DNA of 63,992 bases, the filler included. It is 5 parts of 5 records of this genome, joined end to end, with 100 filler letters (N's around TTAATTAATTAA, not from the genome) between each part and the next. Parts side by side here need not be neighbours in the genome. Positions count along the whole stretch, not along the records: positions 20,822 to 50,232 come from DRR723986_8695; 4 more parts are not named here. One strand, 5' to 3'. Below, piece after piece: positions 32,401 to 41,368 of the stretch. The notes below the pieces were generated by a model. It did no database searches and had not been told where the DNA came from. It saw only the letters and a list, made by a program, of their open reading frames with translations. The position numbers and the translations under genes are program-made. Within the stretch, counting starts at the first letter, position 1. The number at the start of each line of letters is the position of its first letter.

Positions 32401-34758
32401 ATGGCGGATGACGTCACTGAAATACTAGAGGTAAAGGGCCTGTCGGGGGGATATGGCAAAGTGCCGATCCTGCACGGGATAGAGTTCTCGGTTGCCGAAA
32501 ATGAGGTTGTCGGCATTCTTGGCCACAACGGTATGGGCAAGACGACCCTATTGAAAACGATCATGGGCTTTTTGCCCGCTAGCTCTGGATCGGCACGGTT
32601 TCATACCACTGACATTACCCGCATCTCGCCTTTCGAACGGGCCGGGCTTGGGTTGGGATACGTGCCTCAGGGGCGTGGGATATTCCCGCAGCTTTCGGTG
32701 CGTGACAACCTCCGCTTTGCTTGGCACGAATATTCAGGTGCCTCGGAAAACGACGTGATGGAGGCCGTGCTCTCTGATTTCCCACGCTTGCGGCCGCTTC
32801 TCAATCGAGAAGGCGGGGCTTTGTCCGGAGGCGAACAGCAATTGCTGGCTTTGGCCCGTTGTTTGATGGGAGATCCGGATTTCCTGCTATTGGATGAGCC
32901 GACCGAAGGCATCCAGCCCTCGATCATCGAAGAAATGGCCGAGACCCTTCTTCAACTTCGCAAAAGCCGGGGATTGTCAATTCTTCTTGTCGAGCAGAAT
33001 TTCGACTTTATCGCCGATCTGTCGGATCGGGTTCTGGTTCTCGAACGCGGACGGATCACCGCAGAGTTGAGCCGCACCGATCTGTCCGATCAGACCAAAG
33101 TTGACCAGTTCCTGGGGTTTGGCGCAGCGAGGTCAACCCGCGGGCAGGCAGCATCACAACCCACTGGCGTTGTTCCGAAAAAATCTGAAACCCCAGCACC
33201 AGCCCGGCAAATATCCGAGCCGCTGCCCGCATATTTGGTGACAAACATGACTGTGAAACGACCCACCCTTTCGCAAATGCGTGATATGGCCACTCGATTT
33301 GGAATGAGCTTGACCGATACAGAACTGGCCGAGTTTTCCGAAATCATGGAGCCCTATATTCAGGCCTATGACCGGCTGGATTCCACGCCAGACAATTTGC
33401 CCCCGGTCAGGTACCCCAGATCGCCGGGACATTTCCCCGATTTCGCCGAAAACCCCCTGAATGCCTGGTATGTGAAAACTGACGTTCGGGGCGCACCTGA
33501 CGGTCCGTTGCGAGGTAAACGAATAGCTCTGAAGGACACCATATGCCTTGCCGGGGTGCCGATGATGAACGGATCATCGATTATGGAGGGCTATACGCCG
33601 GAAATCGACGCGACCATTGTCACACGGATGCTTGACGCCGGCGCTGTGATCGCTGGCAAGTCCCATTGTGAGAACTTTTGCCTATCCGGCGGCTCGCATA
33701 CCAATGCGAAGGGGCCGATCCAGAACCCATGGAAGCACGGGTACATGGCGGGCGGTTCATCAGGTGGATCTGCTGCGCTGGTTGCAGCCGGAGAAGTCGA
33801 CATGGCCATCGCCGGGGATCAGGGCGGTTCCATTCGCATTCCGTCGTCGAATTGTGGCGTGTACGGAATGAAGCCCACACACGGATTGGTGCCTTACACG
33901 GGTGTGATGCCTATCGAACAGACCATCGACCACGTCGGGCCAGTGACCAACACAGTCGCGGACAATGCCCTATTATTGGAGGTTCTGGCAGGAGACGACG
34001 GGCTGGACCCCCGCCAATACTGCCCTCAGACATTTCGCTATACCGAAGCGCTGGGGCGTGGGGCACAGGGGTTACGGATCGGTATACTCAAGGAAGGGAT
34101 ACATCGCCCTGAAAGCGATGTAGATGTCGACCAGAAGGTTCTTGCTGCCGCCGAAAGATTCCGCGAGCTTGGTGCCCGGGTAGAAGAGGTTTCGATCCCC
34201 GAGCATCATCTGGCGGTGGATTGCTGGACCGCGATCACCGTTGAAGGTCTACAAGACCATATGATGCATGGCAATTCCGGCGGAACCAACTACCGGGGGC
34301 TGTTCCTGCCGTCGATGATGGACCACATGGCACAGTGGCGATCCCGTGCTGATGAATTGACCCATTCGCTTAAGGTTTGCATGTTTTTGGGCGAGTTTTT
34401 TCAGAAACAGTATCGCGGACGTTTCTACGGCAAGGCACAGAACCTGATGCGCAAGGTGAACGAAAAATACGCAGACGCCCTAACGCAATACGACCTGCTT
34501 TTGATGCCGACAGTTCCGATGAAGCCACAGGAAATTCCACCCGCCGATTGCTCAATCAGTCTCTATGTTCAGCGGGCCTTTGAGATGATCGGCAACACCG
34601 CGCCATTCAATGGCGGACTGCCCGCTATGAACGTACCCTGCGGTTTAAGCGAAGGATTGCCAATTGGTATGATGCTCGTCGGGCCAAAATATGGTGAACT
34701 GAAAATATACCAGGCCGCCCATGCTTTCGAGCAGAGCGGTGACTGGCGCGCCATGTAA
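32401..34758 (+). CDS. Fusion protein: ABC ATPase (UrtE/LivF-like) + amidase-signature amidase
   Basis: Single open frame of 785 aa. GHNGMGKTT, LSGGEQQ, LLLDEPTEG, VEQN are followed by a linker, then ALKD, CENFC, GGSSGGS, GDQGGSIRIP. Confidence 0.88.
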   Translation: MADDVTEILEVKGLSGGYGKVPILHGIEFSVAENEVVGILGHNGMGKTTLLKTIMGFLPASSGSARFHTTDITRISPFERAGLGLGYVPQGRGIFPQLSVRDNLRFAWHEYSGASENDVMEAVLSDFPRLRPLLNREGGALSGGEQQLLALARCLMGDPDFLLLDEPTEGIQPSIIEEMAETLLQLRKSRGLSILLVEQNFDFIADLSDRVLVLERGRITAELSRTDLSDQTKVDQFLGFGAARSTRGQAASQPTGVVPKKSETPAPARQISEPLPAYLVTNMTVKRPTLSQMRDMATRFGMSLTDTELAEFSEIMEPYIQAYDRLDSTPDNLPPVRYPRSPGHFPDFAENPLNAWYVKTDVRGAPDGPLRGKRIALKDTICLAGVPMMNGSSIMEGYTPEIDATIVTRMLDAGAVIAGKSHCENFCLSGGSHTNAKGPIQNPWKHGYMAGGSSGGSAALVAAGEVDMAIAGDQGGSIRIPSSNCGVYGMKPTHGLVPYTGVMPIEQTIDHVGPVTNTVADNALLLEVLAGDDGLDPRQYCPQTFRYTEALGRGAQGLRIGILKEGIHRPESDVDVDQKVLAAAERFRELGARVEEVSIPEHHLAVDCWTAITVEGLQDHMMHGNSGGTNYRGLFLPSMMDHMAQWRSRADELTHSLKVCMFLGEFFQKQYRGRFYGKAQNLMRKVNEKYADALTQYDLLLMPTVPMKPQEIPPADCSISLYVQRAFEMIGNTAPFNGGLPAMNVPCGLSEGLPIGMMLVGPKYGELKIYQAAHAFEQSGDWRAM

Positions 34759-34770
34759 GGGAGCCAAGCT

Positions 34771-36528
34771 ATGTCTATCCTCAATGAAAGCCTTGCAAGC
34801 CGGATTTCCGGTTGGTCCAATGCCCGGGACACCCCTGCGGAAGCCACCGCGCCGACGAATGGTCTGTCCTATGTACGCGGAGCATGCGAACCGCCACTTG
34901 CCTATGTAACCATCCCCCAACTTTTAAGGGATGCGGTTTCTCGCTTTGGGCCGCGCGATGCTGCGGTGTTCTGCGAACAGAATGTCCGGATGAGTTATTA
35001 TGATTTGGATCGGGCTGTAGATGAACTCGCCTCGGGGTTTCTGGCGCTCGGGTTGGAAAAGGGGGACCGCGTCGGGATCTGGTCTCCGAACCGGTACGAA
35101 TGGGTCCTCACGCAATTTGCAACTGCACGGGCAGGCCTGATTTTGGTCAATATCAATCCGGCTTATCGCTTGACCGAGTTGGAATATGCGCTGAACAAAG
35201 TTGGCTGTAAGGCGCTTGTCGCAGCAAAGTCCTTTAAAACATCAAACTATGATGAAATGATCCGTTCTCTTGCACCCGAGCTGGAACACGCCTCGCCAGG
35301 CCGGTTGCAAGCGGCCAGACTGCCTCAATTGCGCAGTGTTATCCTCATGGATGATGCTCCGGGACCGGGGGCTTATTCGTTCAAACAGCTTCAGAACCTT
35401 GGCGGACCCGCACAACAATTGCGGTTATCACAGATCGACAGTGCGCTCAGCCCGGATGATGCGATCAACGTTCAGTTCACCTCTGGCACAACGGGCAGCC
35501 CAAAAGGCGCGACGCTTTCGCACTATAACATCGTCAATAACGCACGCTACGTCACCGACCGTATCCACCTGACAGAGACTGATCGGCTGGCCATCCCGGT
35601 GCCGCTCTATCATTGTTTTGGCATGGTCATGGGGGTTCTCGGCGCGGTCAGCAAAGGGGCTGCAATGGTGTTCCCAGGCGAAGCATTTGACGCCAATAGC
35701 ACACTTGACGCACTGGCTCAGGAAAAGTGCACAGCGGCTTATGGTGTGCCCACCATGTTCGTGGCCATGCTCGAAGCGCTCGAGGCAAAACCCCGTGATC
35801 TGTCCAGCTTGCGAACGGGCATAATGGCCGGTGCTCTTTGCCCCGTCGAAATCATGCAGCGGGTCAATTCCGAGATGAACATGGGGGATGTCACGATCTG
35901 CTATGGGATGACGGAAACCTCGCCTGTGTCCTTCCAAAGCTTTGTCGATGACACTACTGAAAAGCGGTGCGAAACCGTGGGCCGAGTGCACCCGCATCTT
36001 GAAGCAAAGATCGTCGGTCAGGATGGTCAAATTCTACCGGTTGGCACCCAGGGCGAGCTCTGCACACGCGGCTATTCCGTGATGAAGGGATATTGGGAAG
36101 ATGCCGAAAAGTCAGCAGACAGTATTCAAGATGGATGGATGCACACCGGCGATCTTGCGGTGTTCGATGCCGACGGATTTTGTACGATCGTTGGGCGGGT
36201 GAAAGACATGATCATCCGCGGGGGTGAAAACATTTACCCACGTGAGGTCGAGGAATATTTGATACGCCACCCTTTGGTCAGTGAGGTCCAGGTCTTTGGA
36301 ATTCCAGACGAAAAATTCGGTGAGGAAGTCTGTGCATGGGTTATTTCCAAGGCAGGTGAGACGCTGATCGAAGACCAACTGCGGGACTTCTGTCAGGGCC
36401 AGATCGCCCATTTCAAAGTTCCCAAGCACATCCGTGTCGTTGACGAATTGCCGATGACAATCACAGGGAAACCGCAAAAATTTGTCATGCGGGACATGAT
36501 GGTAGAGTGGCTTGAAAAGCGAACATAA
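34771..36528 (+). CDS. AMP-dependent acyl-CoA synthetase (FACL/ACSF2-like)
   Basis: [48 protein letters not shown]. Confidence 0.93.
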   Translation: MSILNESLASRISGWSNARDTPAEATAPTNGLSYVRGACEPPLAYVTIPQLLRDAVSRFGPRDAAVFCEQNVRMSYYDLDRAVDELASGFLALGLEKGDRVGIWSPNRYEWVLTQFATARAGLILVNINPAYRLTELEYALNKVGCKALVAAKSFKTSNYDEMIRSLAPELEHASPGRLQAARLPQLRSVILMDDAPGPGAYSFKQLQNLGGPAQQLRLSQIDSALSPDDAINVQFTSGTTGSPKGATLSHYNIVNNARYVTDRIHLTETDRLAIPVPLYHCFGMVMGVLGAVSKGAAMVFPGEAFDANSTLDALAQEKCTAAYGVPTMFVAMLEALEAKPRDLSSLRTGIMAGALCPVEIMQRVNSEMNMGDVTICYGMTETSPVSFQSFVDDTTEKRCETVGRVHPHLEAKIVGQDGQILPVGTQGELCTRGYSVMKGYWEDAEKSADSIQDGWMHTGDLAVFDADGFCTIVGRVKDMIIRGGENIYPREVEEYLIRHPLVSEVQVFGIPDEKFGEEVCAWVISKAGETLIEDQLRDFCQGQIAHFKVPKHIRVVDELPMTITGKPQKFVMRDMMVEWLEKRT

Positions 36529-36570
36529 GACAGCAGTCTTGATGGGTTTTTATGCTAATCTTTGCCCTAA

Positions 36571-36610
36571 GTTTACCCCAACTTAGCGCAGAGCGCTTTT
36601 GGGGTAAAAC
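36571..36610. terminator. Stem-loop after the acyl-CoA synthetase (probable terminator)
   Basis: TTTACCCCAA / TTGGGGTAAA outer stem with inner AGCGC / GCGCT. Confidence 0.5.
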
Positions 36611-36734
36611 CATGTCGATCAGCCGCCATCTTGTCCATCGTCTTTCTCTGTTAAACCTCTAGGGGAGTCGGGTTACTTTGCTTTACGCGAGTTCCGCTTT
36701 CAGGGCTTGTTTAGTGGCCCAGTGCACGGGTATT

Positions 36735-36752
36735 ATTGATGACAAGTCAACA
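36735..36752. promoter_or_regulatory. Candidate MarR operator ATTGATGACAAGTCAACA, copy 1
   Basis: Exact reverse complement of 37260-37277; contains the palindromic core TGAC-AA-GTCA. Confidence 0.7.
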
Positions 36753-36765
36753 AAGGGTGACCTGC

Positions 36766-37251
36766 ATGTCGATACGCGAGAAACAGCTTGAAGCGGAGTT
36801 GCGGAAGGTACGGGAGCTGGAAAGCAACCTGACCTTTCACATCGCGGTGATCAATAAGGTGTTGGAGCAGCAGACCACTCAGTTGATCCAAGATACGCCG
36901 CTGAGTTTGACGGGATACCGCGTGCTGCGGGTTGTGAGCATTTTTGACGAAATCACCATCTCTGAACTGAGCCGGCAAATGGTTGTCGACCGAGCGTTAA
37001 CAAGCCGCGTGACAGCCTCGCTGGTGAAACAGGGTTTCGTTGATTACCACGAAGATGCCGCAAATAAACGCAAGAAATTGATCCGGTTAACCCCCCAAGG
37101 CGCGGCGTTGGTCGAGACGTTGGCGCCGCGCTTTGAAAAGCGGCGGGCAATGTTGGAAGGCGCGATCGGAGAGACGGCGCTAAAGGGACTGTGGCAAGCC
37201 TTTGACTCGATTTCAGGGTTAGAACTCGATATCTCAAAATTGATCAAATGA
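36766..37251 (+). CDS. MarR family transcriptional regulator
   Basis: YRVLRVV..ITISELSRQMVVDRALTSR..L..GFV..NKRKKLIRLTPQG; ATG at 36766 after AGGGTG. Confidence 0.88.
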   Translation: MSIREKQLEAELRKVRELESNLTFHIAVINKVLEQQTTQLIQDTPLSLTGYRVLRVVSIFDEITISELSRQMVVDRALTSRVTASLVKQGFVDYHEDAANKRKKLIRLTPQGAALVETLAPRFEKRRAMLEGAIGETALKGLWQAFDSISGLELDISKLIK

Positions 37252-37259
37252 TGTATTTA

Positions 37260-37277
37260 TGTTGACTTGTCATCAAT
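37260..37277. promoter_or_regulatory. Candidate MarR operator, copy 2, overlapping a TTGACT -35 box of the tctC promoter
   Basis: TGTTGACTTGTCATCAAT; CATGAT -10-like hexamer at 37286-37291. Confidence 0.7.
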
Positions 37278-37332
37278 GATCAAACCATGATGCCCCAGTG
37301 GAACTGAACATGTTCGTATTTGGGAGGATCAA

Positions 37333-38289
37333 ATGTTCAAGGTATTTGCGACTGCAGCCCTAGTTGCTGTGACCACTCTGAGCGGTGCCGGAGCATCTTT
37401 TGCAGAAGAGTGGAAACCAAATGGACCAATCACGCTAAAGATTTCGTTTCGTGCCGGTGGGGGGACTGATACACAGGCCCGTCTGATCGCATCGGAACTG
37501 ACCAAGCGCCACGGTTGGGAGATCATTCCACAGAACGTTGCCGGCAAAGGCGGGGCTGTTATGGCCCGTGATCTGGTCGATGATCCTGCTGACGGCCTGT
37601 CCATCGGTATGACAGTGACAGAGGCGCTGACCTACAGCCCCCATGCCATCCGTGATGCGGGTTACGCCTTAGAAGATTTTGATCTTCTCACCACCACTGC
37701 GGGCACGCAGATGGCGCTGTTCGCCAAAACCTCTCGGGGCTGGAATAGCTTGCAAGATGTGATCGCCGCTGCAAAGGCAGGCGAATCTATCTCGGCTGGC
37801 GCATTTAGCCCTCGTGTTGCAGATGCGCTGTATTTGTTGTCACAAAAAACCGGCGTAGATTTCAAAACCGTAATGGTGAAAGGCGGCAAAGGCAGCATCA
37901 ATGGTGTCATGGCCGACGATCTGGACATTGCCTGGGGCGCAGGTCCGCAAAACAAGCTGGTCACCAGCGGCGAGCTGGTCAATCTTGTGTCCGCGGAAGA
38001 CGAAGCCCTTACCGCGTCACCGGATGCCCCCCTGCTGTCGGAATTTGGAGTCCCTTACACTTTTGGGGCAAAGTTCCTGTTTATTGCCCCCCAGGGCATA
38101 CCAGCCGAAGCCAAGATCACCCTGACCAATGCCATCATTGAAGTGATCAACGACAACAACACTGAGGCCAACGCCTTTATTACCAAAGCCTTTTCTGGCG
38201 TACAGGCCATCCACGGACCCGAGCTGGAGGCCTATATGGTTCAAAAGGCGGCCGACGATGCTGACTTGCTGAAAATCACAGCTGAATGA
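37333..38289 (+). CDS. Tripartite tricarboxylate transporter substrate-binding protein (TctC/Bug)
   Basis: Signal peptide, P..PITL.I.F.AGGGTD..AR, N.AG.GG, ADG. Confidence 0.88.
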   Translation: MFKVFATAALVAVTTLSGAGASFAEEWKPNGPITLKISFRAGGGTDTQARLIASELTKRHGWEIIPQNVAGKGGAVMARDLVDDPADGLSIGMTVTEALTYSPHAIRDAGYALEDFDLLTTTAGTQMALFAKTSRGWNSLQDVIAAAKAGESISAGAFSPRVADALYLLSQKTGVDFKTVMVKGGKGSINGVMADDLDIAWGAGPQNKLVTSGELVNLVSAEDEALTASPDAPLLSEFGVPYTFGAKFLFIAPQGIPAEAKITLTNAIIEVINDNNTEANAFITKAFSGVQAIHGPELEAYMVQKAADDADLLKITAE

Positions 38290-38303
38290 GCGTCTCCAGA
38301 CAC

Positions 38304-38329
38304 GTAGAGGGCAACACTTTGCCCTCTAC
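38304..38329. repeat. Perfect 11-bp stem-loop between tctC and tctB (probable mRNA stabiliser or attenuator)
   Basis: GTAGAGGGCAA-CACT-TTGCCCTCTAC. Confidence 0.7.
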
Positions 38330-38367
38330 CGTTGCAGGCTTGAGAAAGCACATAAAGGGAGAGCGGT

Positions 38368-38934
38368 ATGTCACCTCGGCAATCCGAGTTCATCTTTGCG
38401 CTGTTTGGCATCGGTCTTGGTGGTGTGATCCTTGGCATATGGATCCCACAAGATATTGACACCGGTATGATCGAGACGTTTCGGCGTCAGACCGTCATTG
38501 GCGATGCCTTTGTTCCGGTGATCGCTGGCGCGGCTATCCTGCTTTGCTCCGCTCTACATCTGCTGCAAACATTGATGCGCAGGTCCAGCTCAAGCGACAG
38601 GTTTGCATCTGCAACCCTAAGTTTGGCCGATCTCATGCTGTTGGGCTTGTTTTTTAGCATCATCGCCGGATCGTTGTTGATCATGTTCTGGGCGGGCCCG
38701 GCTTTGTCCCTGCTGAGCGAAAATGGCTATCGCGCCCTGCGAGGGCAGTTTCCTTACAAATACGCTGGTTTCTTCCTTGGCGGCACCGCGATGTTGATGG
38801 GGTGCATGACCTTGATTCAGGGACGGTTCCGATATGGGACATTGGGGATCGCGGTCCTGTCCACACTCTTTCTGATCGCTCTGTTCGACCTTCCGTTCGA
38901 CAGTATCATTTTACCACCGAACGGAGACTGGTGA
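38368..38934 (+). CDS. TctB-like small membrane subunit
   Basis: About 5 TM segments, C-terminal LF..LP.G motif, located between tctC and tctA. Confidence 0.7.
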   Translation: MSPRQSEFIFALFGIGLGGVILGIWIPQDIDTGMIETFRRQTVIGDAFVPVIAGAAILLCSALHLLQTLMRRSSSSDRFASATLSLADLMLLGLFFSIIAGSLLIMFWAGPALSLLSENGYRALRGQFPYKYAGFFLGGTAMLMGCMTLIQGRFRYGTLGIAVLSTLFLIALFDLPFDSIILPPNGDW

Positions 38935-40508
38935 TGGGTGTTTTTGACTACATCTGGGCGGGTGTTCTGGCCGTCTTTCAGGGTCCCGAAGCCTTTTCAC
39001 TGCTGGGCGTATCGGTGTCTATTACCCTGATCATGATCGCATTTGGCTTTTTTGCCGGCATCATCGGTGGGGCCACGCCTGGTTTGAGCGGTCCGTTCAT
39101 GATGGCGGTGTCGCTGCCCATTCTGCTATCTAGCTTTGGCTTTGGCCAAGAGGCACTATTGCCGGTGTTCGGATTTCTGGTTGGCGTGATGAAGGGCGCC
39201 ACGGTGGGGGGCGCTGTTCCGGCGATCTTGTTCAACACGCCGGGCACACCCGATGCTTTGCTGACGACATTGGATGGATATCCGATGGCTCAGAAAGGGC
39301 AGGCAGGAAAAGCCTTGAAAGTTGCGCATTTCTCCTCTGCGTCGGGGGATACGTTTTCCGATCTAGTGCTGTTCACTTGCGCACCCTTTCTAGCGGTTGC
39401 CGTGGAAAGCTATCTGGGCTTTCCGGAAAAGGCAGCACTCATCATTTTGTCCCTATCATTTGTCGCGGCCGTTGTTGGTGCCTCTCCCACCAAAGGGGTC
39501 TTTGCAGTTGGTCTGGGTCTTATGATCGCGTCGATCGGCACCGGCGAAGACAGCTATCCGCGCCTGTCTATGGGGTTGGATGCCCTCGCCAATGGCATCC
39601 CGTTGATCACGGCCGTGCTTGGTGTGCTGATCCTGGGGGAAATCTTTGTCTCGTTCGAAAACATGTGGCGCGAAAGACAAGCCAGCAAGATAGTCACGCC
39701 AGTGAAACAAAGCACAGACAATCGGCTGAGCTGGCAAGAGCGCCGTGTCCTGATGCCCTTTGTTGCGGTGTCGGCACTGATTGGCACGTTGGTCGGTGCA
39801 TTGCCCGGGATTGGGTCAACTCTGGCCGCAACGTTGGGCTATGCGACGGGGCAGAAAATGCACAAGGGCCCGGTGCCCTTTGGTGAGGGGACTCCAGAGG
39901 GGATCGCCGCAACCGAAGCCGCGAACTCTTCGGTATCTGGTGCCAACCTGATCCCGGTGTTGTCACTGGGCATTCCCGGCAATGTGGGCGCTGTTTTCCT
40001 GATCCTAGCTGCGGACAGTATCGGTGGCTTCAATCCGGGGCCTTCGGTGTTTCGATTCAGCACTCACGAAGTGAACCCCGAGCTGGTCATTGCCTTTGGA
40101 TTGTTCACCTGCATGGCGCTGGCCAATCTTTTGAACTGGACCACAGGCGCGCGTTTTATGTCGCTGGTCGGAGGGATGACACGCATTCCCAAAGCAATGC
40201 TGATGCCCTTTGTGCTGTTGTTGACCCTCACAGCAATCTACGTGCAGGAAACGCAATTTTCCTCCATGTTGTTTGCGCTCGGGTTTGGGGTGCTGGGCTA
40301 TCTCATGCGCAAGTTCTCGGTGCCGATTTTGCCCTTTGTTATCGCGTTTATCCTGTCTCGCAATTTGGAAGACACCATCCGCCAAGCCTTTGCTGTCACG
40401 GATGGCGATCCATACTTCCTGTTCCGCAGCCCCGCATCCATTGCCTTTGTCGCCCTGTCTTTTGTCGTGATCCTCTTTTTCTCACACCGGCGCAAAGCTG
40501 AAATCTGA
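38934..40508 (+). CDS. TctA family large transmembrane subunit
   Basis: GATPGL, GGAVPAILFNTPGTP, TLDGYPMA, GIAATEAANS, LSLGIPG. Confidence 0.92.
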   Translation: MGVFDYIWAGVLAVFQGPEAFSLLGVSVSITLIMIAFGFFAGIIGGATPGLSGPFMMAVSLPILLSSFGFGQEALLPVFGFLVGVMKGATVGGAVPAILFNTPGTPDALLTTLDGYPMAQKGQAGKALKVAHFSSASGDTFSDLVLFTCAPFLAVAVESYLGFPEKAALIILSLSFVAAVVGASPTKGVFAVGLGLMIASIGTGEDSYPRLSMGLDALANGIPLITAVLGVLILGEIFVSFENMWRERQASKIVTPVKQSTDNRLSWQERRVLMPFVAVSALIGTLVGALPGIGSTLAATLGYATGQKMHKGPVPFGEGTPEGIAATEAANSSVSGANLIPVLSLGIPGNVGAVFLILAADSIGGFNPGPSVFRFSTHEVNPELVIAFGLFTCMALANLLNWTTGARFMSLVGGMTRIPKAMLMPFVLLLTLTAIYVQETQFSSMLFALGFGVLGYLMRKFSVPILPFVIAFILSRNLEDTIRQAFAVTDGDPYFLFRSPASIAFVALSFVVILFFSHRRKAEI

Positions 40509-40522
40509 AGGGGAGGTTATAG

Positions 40523-41347
40523 ATGGCCCTGCGCAATATCCTTGTTGCCTATAACGGTAGCCCTTCGTCTGACGCGGCCCTTGCCGTGGCGCACTATATG
40601 CAGCGCACCTACGGCGCGCATGTTACCGGGTTGCTGGCAATGCATTCACGCGTGGATATGCGTGGTCAACCCTGGCTGACCCCTGCAATTCGCAACAGTA
40701 TTCTGAATCTGGATCGCACCTATGTGCGCGAGATCAAAGACCGGTTCCAGGCAGCCTGCGCCGAGGCCGATCAAGCAAAGACCCATTGGATTGCGCATCG
40801 CGCAGACGCAGATGCCGGGGTGTCTGAATATGCTCAGATGTTTGATCTAACTATCGCTGGTCGACGCGATTCCGTGTTTTCCGAACAACGGACGATCTAT
40901 CACCCCGACCGGATTGCATTGAAAAGTGGCCGCCCCGTTCTTGTGGTGCCGCAGACCTGGGCGGAACCACAGTTCGTGGATCATGCCATCCTTGCATGGG
41001 ATGGCAATCGCTCGGCCACTCGGGCGCTCAATGATGCGATGTCGCTGCTTGAAACAAAACGCCGTTTCACGGTGTTAACCGTTGCAGGCGCTGAGCTTGC
41101 AAAACCGCTTAACGGAATTGACGTCGAAACGGTCCTGACACGACATGGAATTGCGCATGAACACGTGACGGTGGAGCCCGGCCGCAAATCCGTGGGTGAA
41201 ACCCTATTGCAAGAATGCGAAAGCCGCCAAGCTGGCCTGCTGATCATGGGCGCCTATGAGCATTCGAAATTCCGCGAAGATCTATTTGGCGGCGTAACCG
41301 CAACGGTGCTGGAAACAAGCCCGATCCCGGTTCTGCTGTCCCACTAA
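40523..41347 (+). CDS. Tandem universal stress protein (USP)
   Basis: ILVAYNGS, GRPVLVVP, ILAWDG.R.A.RAL, LIMGAYEHS..RE..FGGVT, PVLLSH. Confidence 0.92.
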   Translation: MALRNILVAYNGSPSSDAALAVAHYMQRTYGAHVTGLLAMHSRVDMRGQPWLTPAIRNSILNLDRTYVREIKDRFQAACAEADQAKTHWIAHRADADAGVSEYAQMFDLTIAGRRDSVFSEQRTIYHPDRIALKSGRPVLVVPQTWAEPQFVDHAILAWDGNRSATRALNDAMSLLETKRRFTVLTVAGAELAKPLNGIDVETVLTRHGIAHEHVTVEPGRKSVGETLLQECESRQAGLLIMGAYEHSKFREDLFGGVTATVLETSPIPVLLSH

Positions 41348-41368
41348 CAGCTCTGAAGGTACTGAAAA

